DNA of 64,000 nt. It comes from Laetmonice hystrix. Its lineage: Eukaryota. Both the position numbers and the translations under genes were made by a program. The stretch covers positions 33,480,001 through 33,544,000 of the forward strand of contig OZ249437.1 of the NCBI GenBank assembly GCA_965235115.1, written 5' to 3'. Of this stretch, positions 1 to 11,306 are shown piece by piece; positions within the stretch are counted from its first letter, which is position 1, and the number at the start of each line of letters is the position of its first letter. The notes beneath the pieces were generated by a model. That model saw nothing but the letters and a program-made list of their open reading frames with translations, had not been told where the DNA came from and did no database searches.

Positions 1-3000
1 TCATAAATAAATGTCGTGGGGGTTCACCTTTGGCGTGGAGGGGACCTTTAACATCCAAGAGTAGACTGACTTATCCTCTAACACACCTAAGGCGTCTGCA
101 GTTATGTGAGTGTTGCCGTTTCACGTTAGTTTGAGAGTGCCGATTGTAAGCAGTGGACTGCTTTGACAGGTTGGAGGTTTAACCCTAAATAGAATTGATG
201 GAAAAAGAGAAATAGTAGCAGTCCTTTTTTATATCAGTAACCTAAGTGGCTAGCAGTGAGATACAATGCTCGTATTGTCCCGGGAAACAGGAGCATGACA
301 AGTATATCAATAAGATTGATTGTAGTATTTCTCTGAAAAGGTGGTCGTTATCTCTGGAGCCTTTAACGTTCTTCTCAAGCTGTTGACAGGTGGCAGCGGA
401 TGTTGACCTGTTACCTAAATAGTTATCAAACTTAAGTGACATTGAAAAGGTCGGAAGCCATTTGGTGAAATCTTAGCGCGAATTTGGTAATAGGTGCAAT
501 GAGCTTTTCAATATGAAATTTATAATACGTTTATATATGCCTTTTTTGTATTTTTTTTTTATCTCGTAATAATGGAAAGGTTTAACCCCCCAAATATCTT
601 GAAAGGAATAAAGATAGGGTTGGAATTGATATATTCAGTGGTGCCCAGGATAATTATTTTGAAGCCTTACAGTTGAAAATTCCGCAAAATAACAGATACT
701 AGTAATTGCTTTCCAGTGAGGTTTCTTCCTCTTTGGGTTTCCACGCAGAAAAAAAACAAAATATGAGTCAGTGGACGATTGTGAAAGATGTCGTAAAGTC
801 TAACACGTTTTCCCACCTTTGTTACGTATAAAGAACATATCTTTGTGCAATCATTATACTGATAGCTTGTAGATTGGACTGGGAAGGAAACATTATGTGT
901 ATTTAGGTGTTTGAAGAGTGATAAAAGCTGACGTAGACGTTGTCCCTGTTGAAGGGCCTCATGTGCCTGAACTGGGCCCCTTCACCACGTCTGCTGTGTT
1001 GACATTGAGCAACCGACAACTTGGAACCAAGGTCCTAGACTTGGGATCTCCATTCATTTAACAGGACTGGCACCTCATGAGGACGACTTCGAAGGACTCG
1101 CTCTATTTACAGTGCACTCGGAAGAACTTTTTTTGAAACCATTCTCTGACTGGGTCATCATTGCGGTACTACCAACTTGCCGTATACAGTCTATACCGTT
1201 CGTTTCCCAGAATCTCTGGTGTCCGGGGAATACATGGACAGCGGGATCGGTAAGCTTAAGTCGGCCATCGGAGGGGGATAACCCCAGGAACTGTTTCAGG
1301 GTGTGATGGAGGAGTTCCGCTGCCAGTTTTAGTTGCACGTCAGTGTTTAGTGTTGCCGTCGAGAGTAGTAGCCGGACAGTGACGTGGGTCACGTGGTCGG
1401 TAATCAACAACACCATGGGTGAGGAGGACTGCTGTAATACTGGTCGGCTGATCTTTGGACTCCCAGGGATCCAGTGACGCCATCAGGCTCGGGACCAAAG
1501 CCTCCTGCCGGCCTTTAGGGGCATCCCCACTACTATGGTGTTCTCAGCTGTGAGCGTAAACAAGTAAGATTAGTGAGATTAAAGGGCGGACGTGTGTGAG
1601 ACCCTGAGACTTGGATTATTGTGTTGAGGTTAGACTGAAGGATTCAATGACGTTACAATGACGTGACACAGCGTCTGTCACCGACCTTACGATGAGTGAA
1701 AGGTGAGATCAAGGACCGAGGCTTGACGTGACGTATGACGGGTGATGGGTCATCATGCAACACCTCGTGGAACCTGTCGCCAATCTGGCCAACTTTTTTT
1801 GCCAGAGTAGTAGCCCTTCGGTCCATGCGTTCGAACAGGGCAACCGTCAACATCTAAGACGTCGGAAACTGCGAAAGAAAACTTACTCATGGCAAAAGGG
1901 GGAAACGAAGGAAGCAGAAAGTGCGCCACGGCGCCGTCTGGTGGCGGATGACGAAGGTGATGCACTGGCTAGCGGAGGTGGCACTTCACAGGTGGATATG
2001 GTTTCAGTCGTTTGATGGGGAAGGTGGGGGGGGGGGGGGTGTTATGCCTTGAGAAAAAAGGGGGTTGAGGTCTACGTGTCCTAGCTTCAGAGCACTCTAG
2101 AGCAAGTCGAGTGACACCTAGTGGCGTATTTCAGAACCCCCAACCGCCATTCTCACCATTCATCCTGACCTGAAGGTTTCCTGGCAGTAGGCCAAAAGTG
2201 TAAAAAAGTACTGTGGAGGTACAAAACGAAAATACTGACCTAGTATCGCGTCGACATCATTTTGAAATATTCTTACAGAACAAGATATTCGCAATATTTT
2301 TTGTTCATTTCAAAAGACGAAGAAGAATTTAAGAATGAACAATGAAACTCTGTACACGTATACGGAGTCAATATGTCAAACTTTTATACACAATACAGCA
2401 CATGATGTTAGAAAGTTTGAAAAAAGGTGTTGTGTATGATTGTAATAGTATTTACCGAATGGATCGCCAAGGGTGCTCGTCCATCATGTGAGAGTGGCAG
2501 ACTGTAGGAGTGGTTCTGGTGTGTGAATGGACAGGATCACATGAGATCCAGGTCAGGGGGCCTACTTCTTCTACCTTCCTTGTTATAGAGCAGATAACCT
2601 GACATCTGTTTGTGATCCCAGGTCCTTCTGCCTCCTGCCCATAATCTGCCTTCGGTTTGGACGAGGGCAACAATTTCCCAGTTGTTCATATTTCTTTTAC
2701 ATACAAGTGAGATTAGTAAGATCCACTCACATGACTAAGCATATTAGCAGGCAAAAAGTGAAAGGGGCGAGTTTTTAATGAATTAGTTAGAATTGGGTCT
2801 TTGGATCGGTCTTCTGAGACCTGTCAGACACATCGTTTACCTGCTCCCATTTATGGTAGTTATTTAGATTTCTTTAATGTATTTTCACAGTTGAATAGGA
2901 AAGGTTTAGGACAAAGTGCTGCATATATTAACCTGTCTAGACCTGTCCCTTAGCTATCCCCTCAATGTGACATGTATACAGCCGTGCCAAGGTAGCAGTC

Positions 3001-6000
3001 TTTGATCTCACCGACAGCGGTGTCCGTGGGATGGTCTCTGACCAACTGTTGGCGTGTTGGGTTGTTGCTGCAGCCGTGTTACAGGCCCACTGACACAGAC
3101 CAGAGACTTGCGATACCTGCCCCATCTGGCGGATTGTCGACAAACTAAATCATACGGGCCGCGAGTATGACCAAGTCGATACATGTTGTCAGGAAACTGA
3201 TCCCATTCCAAACCCGAACCTGTAGGTTTCACGCAAACTGCTCGTTTGGAACAAAAAGTGACCTGGGCAGTTCCGTTGGGAGATGACGGAATGCCAGCCA
3301 GAACAACAACATCCCCGAATGTTATTTCTGTGATATCATGATCCTCATATTGTGCTGGTCCGAAATAACCATGCCAGTGTCTTGCAGTGCCGTTCGTTCT
3401 AAGCAAGCGATGTGGCGATCCTGGGGTGTGGGTTAGCGGTGTTAAAGTGGCTCACCAGCCGTGCTCACGTGTTGTATGTATGTGTGTCCATCAGTTGTGT
3501 ACTCTGTCGGCAGTGTTTGGGTAAACTTGATACGGAGGCAGGAAGCGGTGGCTACAGGGATGCGGCAGGAGGGAACATGGATGGTGGTGAGATGAAGTGG
3601 TGGGCAGATGTAGAGCTGTTGGTACAGAAAACAACCTCCAGGTGTGCATCTGGGCAGGTGGCTTATAACCCCTGGAGGAACATAGGGGGCAACAGTATGG
3701 GCCTCTTATCTTGACTGTGATGTTGAAACCTCGCGCTTTTTGAACATTAAAATGGTAAACTAGAGAATGTTGCTTACAGTTGATATTGTGATACACGAGA
3801 GATTCGGGCAGGCATGTGGTATTCATATATTTGTGGCTTGTTCCCAGTAAAGAGCTTCACAAAGAAAGAATGCATAAACATATTATGAGACGCCTGCAGT
3901 TACAGAAACAGCTCGGTAGCTTTGAAATCATGGTGGGATTTAATTTGCATGTGCAAGATTTAATGATAAAAAAGGTGTTCCTGTTAGCTTGCGGACACCT
4001 GCTGTCTATTCAGTGGAAAGGTTCGTTCAGGCTTTCACAGACAGATTTGTAAGTTAGTACTGTCCTGAAATTTAGTTGGATTAAATCCGACGTGTTACGT
4101 TGCACAAGAAAACATCTGTTAAGTGGGGAAAAAATGGCGACCTTATTCCCGCCCTGGTGTACTCATTGCTTGAGGAGTTTGGGGCAAAATGACTTCAGAG
4201 GTGAAGTTTTCAGGTTTTTTTTTAATTGACGTACATGAATGATATATTGTGCAATGTGTGAATGCCAACATTCCTTGCCTGTCAGGAGTAAAAGGTTACA
4301 TTAAAGGCTGTCAGCACAGTTCTCTACATGATCCTACCAACCCTGGTTGTCATGAGAAAATTTGGCTCTTTAGTCTAACCTTTGTCTGACCTTAGACTAA
4401 AGTGGTCCAAGTTCTGATTGACCTATGTATTGGTAACAGCTTAGAAATACCCTCGGGTTAGGTAAATGTACCCAAGTCAATGTGTTTGTTACTTATTGTT
4501 GAGACGTTGTCCCTGAGGAGGACCACTCAGTGGTGCCTGGTCGTCAATCAAGAGACATAGCCGAGCGTGAATCCCATCCGTGTTCAAAGGCCAACTGAGC
4601 TACTGTGACACAACTGGAAGATTGTCACAGGTGCTGCAATTATAGGTGCAGCCATTGTTTAGAGGCTGGCAGCCAGGAGATAGGGGATATTGTGGAGGGT
4701 GATGACACGCCTCGGTACCACGACACAGGGTCTAGGCGGTACGGGGGGTCGTCATCTAGGTGGTGTAAAGACAGGCATCTCCTCGTCAGGAACAATTGTG
4801 TTATTTACGGACCCTTATTTATATCAGGTGTTGACGTTTTTAGAGCCGTACACTGTTTTGTGGAGTCCAACATGACATGATTATTTGCGGCAGGAAAATG
4901 GATGTCAGTCGTATTGGTATGGTCTTTCACAGTCAATGCTGTTCAGCCTTTAGAATTTAGAAGAAAAAATGATAAAACATGTATAAATCACACTAGAAGG
5001 GAGTTGACATGTATGCAATATTTCGACACGATGTGGTTGGGTTGAGGTTGTGTGTAGAGGCGCTTACAGAGGGCGGTTAGACCAGCGGCGCGGGATATGA
5101 CAGTTGTTGGGTGAGATGGTTGGGTCGAGGTGAATCAGGTGTGCATGACGACCTCTGTAACACTGCTGAAGGAGTTACACTGACACCATGCAGCACCTAG
5201 TCACCTGCCGACAACCACATCAAAGCTGACGTATATCTTACACCTGAGAGACGCTCAGAGGTCAGGCAATACACCAGCACGACAACGTCGCTTTCCCTCC
5301 AGGTGGACAAAAAAATCGGATTCAAGTCTGGCCAGTTGAGGGGAAAAGTTCAACGGCCATGTGTTCCATGTTGTGACCCGTGTCAATGGCCGGGGAAGGC
5401 TCATGCCGTGGATGCTCAAGGCGCTAGGACACCGTTGCCATGAACCGGGAGGTGTACCTAGAGTCCCCTGTAGGGGGGGGGGACACATTCCATTGACCTC
5501 TTCATCCCTGCCTGGAGACGGCAGACGTCAACTTAGGCCAAACACTGGGAGTTTGTGGTTTCTCGGCGGGACAGTCCGACACGGGACAAGAACTCCGGGA
5601 TGTTCTACAAGTATTCAGTGAACGACTGAGCACTGAGCCTGCACTGATCGAGTGGGGACAGAGTCGGTTACAATCTCCGGCCTTGACTCACTCCGGACCC
5701 CTGTGTTTAATCCTTGGTAAGCTCACGTGTCAGGGACACATTAGTCATCCCTGAGACGGTTTCGTTGGTATAACTGGAGCCCGCTTCACTGATTAACGTT
5801 GTCGGCTAGTTAACAACAACCCTAATCTTATCACAGTGACAACGTGTACAGTGCCAATATGAAAGTCCACCGTTAATGTGGCTTATTCAGGAACGGTAAA
5901 TGTGAACCTCTCAACCTAATTCCCCGAGTGCAGCTCTGTACTTGCCTTGACCTCACGAACGGGACCAGAAGTTCATATTTCCACAAAGTTCATGTAGCTC

Positions 6001-6263
6001 TACCTTTCTGAACTTCATTCAGGGAAAGGGTCACAGGCGGAAGAGTGCCGGGACGTCGGTCTGAGTGATAGTGTTGGTCAGATCCTGGGAGAGAAACTCT
6101 GGGCCAAGTTACTCAAGTCCTTTATCTCAAGTCCTTTATCTCACCTCTGTGTCTGGTGGATGGGGGTGGTGACTGACCGGCACTGGGTCAGCACTGGCCA
6201 TCACAGACGCAGGTTACTGGAGTGGGTGAGGATACACAGGAGGAGGTCCAGACACGTACTGGA

Positions 6264-6264
<1 letters not shown>

Positions 6265-6320
<56 letters not shown>
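6265..6320. repeat. (GCA)18-19 microsatellite
   Basis: Perfect trinucleotide run read directly. Confidence 0.98.
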
Positions 6321-6723
6321 TGGGAAGACGCCCAACAGACAGTGTGTCAGTCAGTGAGAGTCGGGAGATGCTAAAACTCCCAGACACAGCACGATATCTG
6401 GAACATGGATACAGACTGCATGGAGCACAGGCACTGAGGGAGATAAAAAATCCCAACCCAACCTCCTGAGCGAGTGATATACAAAGGGTACCGTCAAGTT
6501 CACATGTTATGGGAACAGGAGAATTGTTCGTAAATTGTTTCCTTCAGCACTGATGGCGAGGAAAGAAGTGAAGGAGGCGTATGGAATAGTAGGTTTCAGG
6601 GTGGTGTGAGTATAATAGAGACCAGAACCCACAAGTCCTGAATTCTGCACTACAATACACATCCCGCATCTATTGTGTAAACATAGCGGCACAAACGGCC
6701 AGGGACCTCGTGTCACTTTCCCC

Positions 6724-6736
6724 TGACCTTTGACCT
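6724..6736. promoter_or_regulatory. Perfect nuclear-receptor DR1 (TGACCTtTGACCT = AGGTCAaAGGTCA)
   Basis: Read directly, about 620 bp upstream of the candidate 7358 first exon. Motif match only. Confidence 0.3.
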
Positions 6737-7357
6737 AAGGAGGGGACGGGAGGGTACAGCTCGGAGCTGTATGTCGGAAGTATTGAATGGCCACAACCAT
6801 GTCCCTGTAACCACCGACGCTTCCAGGAGGACGCCGTGAAGTTTATGTAAGTACAAGGGACCGCCCCCCCCTCCAGATAACTGGGCGGGTGAGCCAGCTG
6901 GTTGCTACGGTTGGTGGTGCCTACAGGAGCACGTGCTGGGTGAGCTACTGCCGGGAGTAGCTCAACGTGAGGCCGGCCGGCGGGCGCACGGTGCCACTTC
7001 CCAAATGTGTATCTGACCTGCAGCCGGCCTGATCGGTGGCAGTGGCTCTGTAACCCATCCAGTGAGGTCCTGTTTAAAACTCCGCTACCTTCTGGCCACA
7101 ACTCTACCGGCATACCGGCCAGTGGTGCCGATGGATCCCCTTGGAGCGCACCCACACGGCGGATTTCTTACCGGAGCCTTCAAAACGCAGCTTAATGGTG
7201 GACAAGGATGATAAACCCGCTACTAGTACACTAGTGCTTTGTGCACCGTTCCCAGAAACACCCCCTGGGATTAGCGTTTCCTCAACACTTACCTTTTGTT
7301 CCTGGATTGCCTGTAGTATGCGGAACGTTGCGAAGATAGCTTAGCAAAGCAGCCGAA

Positions 7358-7423
7358 ATGTTGTGTGGATGTGGACGGAAGAAGAAAAAGAAGAAGAAGG
7401 ATGAAGAAGAGGAAAAGAGACCG
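7358..7423 (+). CDS. shot: Candidate alternative first coding exon: MLCGCGRKKKKKKKDEEEEKRP (palmitoylation-type plus polybasic N-terminus) splicing to CH2
   Basis: First ATG after in-frame TAG (7337-7339), G at -3; 22 open codons; donor CCG|gtaatt in phase 0 (same intronic hexamer as the exon 9 donor), matching the phase 0 acceptor at 15763; preceded by a CpG-rich island at about 6700-7350. Confidence 0.65.
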
Positions 7424-10400
7424 GTAATTATTTATTTCACTCCAACAAAAGTTTTATAACAGCGTTTTCTTACTCTTTCCTTTAGGCTCCGATCGTGCCA
7501 GGTTAGACTGTCAGAGAGGGTTTTGTTTGTTTTACCAGCCTGTTTGTATGATGTGGTCATGTAGCCGTCACCGAGATTCATTATGTCACGGAATGTTTTA
7601 GACATGTCTGGGAGGTCGGAGTTGTTATTTTAACAGCCTGCAAGCTGTGCCTCGTAACAACGCCACTGTTTACATAACCAAACTTCACTGACTGTTCTCA
7701 CTGGAGTCTCTCACATCGGATCCGTAAAGTAGGTCTACAAACCCGCCCACTAACTTACCTTAAACCAGATATTGGGTGGGGAGGGGAGCAATCACCTCAG
7801 GTGAAACCATCGTGACATTGGCATTCTCTCAACCTCGTGTTGATTTATGGCCTGGCTGGCCCGCAGCGAACGTTCAGACACTTTGTGTGAGCACCAACCC
7901 CATCTATACCAGACAGAAACAGGGAAACACGGCGAATACCAGCAACATTTACGATCACTGGCACGGCCGTCTAAAAGTTCAGCCTAAATATAGGTTAATG
8001 TTCCGTTCAGAATTTGTGGATGAGGATGGGAAAAAATCCGAAGGTCAATGACTAGGTTTGTTCACACAAAGATACCTGAATTGTTAATTTTTTTCTTGAT
8101 AAAATACCTTCTGTCATTTATTTTGATAGATGTGATGTCAAGATAACACTGCTAAAGTGCATCTAGATGAAATTGGGGTTGTAATGTCACCTGTATGTAT
8201 CTGGATAGTGTGTACATTTGAAGTTTATGTACATACCAGAATATAACAAGTAGAAGCTTGTTCTGTTCATATAGCGATTGTCCCCAGGAAACTTGCCGCA
8301 GACTAAACCCTAAGAACTATCCAAGGAAGGGGAGAAAATCCGATTGTTGAATTTGTACAGTAGTAGCGTGAAAATAGCTCTATGTGGGAGCATGTAGGGC
8401 ATGTACAAGGAGATTTACCACTCTAATGTATGAGTTTAGTGCCCATTCATGGGTGAAAGAAAGACACAGTTAGGTGCCAATGTCTAGCTGATTACTCAAC
8501 TGGCACATTGAATCGAAGAGCATTTCTCTGTTGATTGTTGTCGTCTGGGTACCGAAATATTCTGCAGAAGTACTTTCTATCATAAAAGATTAAAGTTTTG
8601 TTAGATTTTGTTTAGGGGGGGGGGATTCATGATCTCTAGACTGTTTATCCGATCCAGAGTTGGTAAATTTCGTGCGTTGTCATCTTCTGCAGGAATTTTC
8701 TTCTAGCAGTAGAACAAGGTTGCAATGATGTAAAGTTTTGAAGGCCTTGCTATGATTTTGAAGTTCAGCGAACGAGTCGATCACATAGTAACTGTAAGCC
8801 GTGATTAAGATATAACATAGGTAATGCAGACTTGCGTGAAACATATACTGTATATTATGAGATGATTAATGAAGCAGACATTCACTATTAATGGCCATCA
8901 AGATCGGATATCACAGTGGGACGTGCCCGAGGTGGTCTTGAATGAACCGGGGGTGGTGGCCACAGACAGATGATCCTCCTCCACGACCACATGGGATTAT
9001 CCTGGATAAACCCAGCAGGGAATTTATGATTAGACCCCACCATATGGCACTAAGGCATGGCAGGATAAGCCGTCTAACAGAAATAGAATAACGTTCTTCA
9101 AGTTGACCTTGATGCGGGTCGAACCCTTGAGGGGAAGTAGTTATAATTAAACGGGTTATCAAAGAACGTGATATCATATGTCGGCATGTAAGAGACAAGG
9201 TGACTGATATGTCTGCCGGTTCTGGTGGTCAGTATTATTATAAGGCGGCTGGCTATACCTTCCCAGGGTGTTCCCTATGTACCCAGGAATGGTCAGTAGT
9301 TCAGGATGGGCAGTACCGGGTCATGACCTACCCCAAGTGAGCTGGACTGGAGTTTTCAAGTATGGCCAGCTGGGGCTAAAAGTGGGTCAGTGGCTTCACA
9401 CGTGGGTGTCAATCGTTTGGTAATTAAATCAACACAAGTAGGCCCGGCAATTATAATTATCGTCTATATTTAGTGAAGACACCGTCGTCATGTCAATCAC
9501 TCTATTTGTGTAGCTGATTAAATTAGCAGGTTATTGGGGTCTGTTATAAACTTTATATAGGCCTACTGGGTACAAATATGATGGTATCTATAGCCCTCAG
9601 GGTAAGTCGGTGTTTGGATAGCATTAACATGGTATGAAGATAACGGTGGCCGTTACTGTAGTAATAGTGCCGCCGCCGGGAGGCAGTAAACTTGTTAAAG
9701 TCAGTACCAAGTCTATAAATGCTTGGGGAAGGACGCTTGAGAAACTACCCAGCCGTGTTAAAAGGATAATCGTCGATAGACAATTATGTCGTTGATCCTC
9801 TCATTATGAGGAGGATATAGAGATAGTTGAAGGCAGATGGTCCGTTACCCTGCCACTTTGATCAGCTATCTCGTTAGCTTCAGGTGGATTATTCCCCGGA
9901 CAATTCTTATTCTAAGATAAACCTGGGAAGATAAACCTCATATACAGTAAGCCTAGGCAACATGACAACGCTGCCTTGGCAAGGTAATAAAGGCAGATTT
10001 GACCGAAGAAGAAACTGGCAGTGGGAGAATAGATTGGCTAGATGCATACGTCTGAGCCGAACTCGTATAACCCACATCCTAGGCCCGTGTAGAGATAAGT
10101 GGAGGCATGATCACAGGTAAGGTTTATCTTGGGTGATCACTGGAGTGACACCTGAAAGGTAAAATAGATCGTAACCTGATGAAACCATGGGTAGTTCAAG
10201 TCTTTCACACCTGACAATCAGATTCAACAGGTGTGATACTCAGGAGTGAAGGACAACAGGTGTTTGTTTCTGCTGGCCGGTTGCATGAGTCGCAGAGTAA
10301 TTTTACTATAACAAACCCAGCATGGTTTAAAAAGGGCGCGGTGCGGTGTGGAACGGTAGCTAGCCTACGATACAGGTATAGCTCGCAGGCCCATGCACTG

Positions 10401-11292
10401 AGTCATGTGGCACATAGGAGCTTTCATCTACCACATCCTCAACCCAAAGGTAGAGTTCAGTCTGTGGTTCTGAATACTGACGGGTTGAAATCAGCAGAGC
10501 TTTACACAGCGGTGGTAGTGGAGCCGGGAAAATCATTTAAGTGGGATGGGAGACTGATTGGTTAATTTCCAACATTTTAAGATACTGAAACCATAGGAGA
10601 AAGGCGATGCGTATTATGTATTTATTGTCTGTTAAATGTTGATGCATTACCTTTTCATTGAATGTTGTTTTGTGGCCAGGGGTCTGTGTCATATTGAGGT
10701 AACAAATCCTGCGTGAAATATAACCAACCCGGGAGTTTACATTAGATCAGTAATTTAATCAGGAATACAGGTACAATATACATATAAATAAATATTCTTC
10801 CCTAATTACTTTTTACGGCACTCTGGTGTAAACAGTTTGGTTACTGACAGATGGTGCAGCAGGTATGCAAACAAGATTTTCTCCGATTTCTGAAAGTGCG
10901 TAAAACATTATGATAGATGGATTGTTAGGCCATCCCAGTCGCCTACTTATAAATAAGGTAAAAAACCTATATGTTTGTAGTATTGTATTACCTGACTTTA
11001 CGTACAGGGATTGTTGAATTCAACTGAAACCTAGCATGACTGAAAGCTTTTACATCTGACTCTGGTGTCAGGTTTTAACCTACGCTACATGTCAACATCG
11101 TTGTCAATAAAGGCCATACTTTATTGAGTGACATATACATTGTACAGATACGTGTTTGAATCGATCCATTAAGTAATTAAAACAGTAATTGGCCTCTGGG
11201 CGGTGTTTTGTGTCATTGCTCCGGCAGGCCGTTGATGTGAACGAGGCCAACCCAGTAAGGGTCACTGACTCCGCGCCTAATGCGAAGTCATT

Positions 11293-11306
11293 GTCACCAT
11301 GGCAAC
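11293..11306. promoter_or_regulatory. Consensus RFX X-box GTCACCATGGCAAC
   Basis: Matches GTYNCC-AT-RGNAAC; lies in a local GC-rich island. Motif match only. Confidence 0.4.

Noticed and set aside
1-51. Possible right end of a TTAA/Kolobok-type element (...gggacct|ttaa)
   Set aside because: The partner TIR would lie outside the window, so it cannot be supported.
2017-2040. G-rich run as a G-quadruplex (also C/G homopolymers near 19125, 24555, 33215, 34066, 36739 and 40024)
   Set aside because: Simple homopolymers scattered through the introns with no positional pattern.
4555-4605. tRNA A-box-like TAGCTCAGTTGG on the minus strand (tRNA or SINE)
   Set aside because: No proper B box and no cloverleaf; similar isolated B-box-like hits near 9115 and 27035 lack A boxes.
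6160-6357. PolyAla/polyCys ORFs, and a possible first exon MGVVTDRHWVSTGHHRRRLLEW|gtgagg
   Set aside because: The ORFs arise from the (GCA)n microsatellite; the candidate exon has a poor Kozak context (T at -3) and no recognisable motif.
7286-7765. Two minus-strand gtaagt donors (about 7292 and 7759) and a TTC-rich tract suggesting an antisense first exon or retroelement 5' end
   Set aside because: No coherent antisense ORF or downstream exon chain; the purine-rich tract is better explained as the Lys/Glu codons of the + strand 7358 exon.
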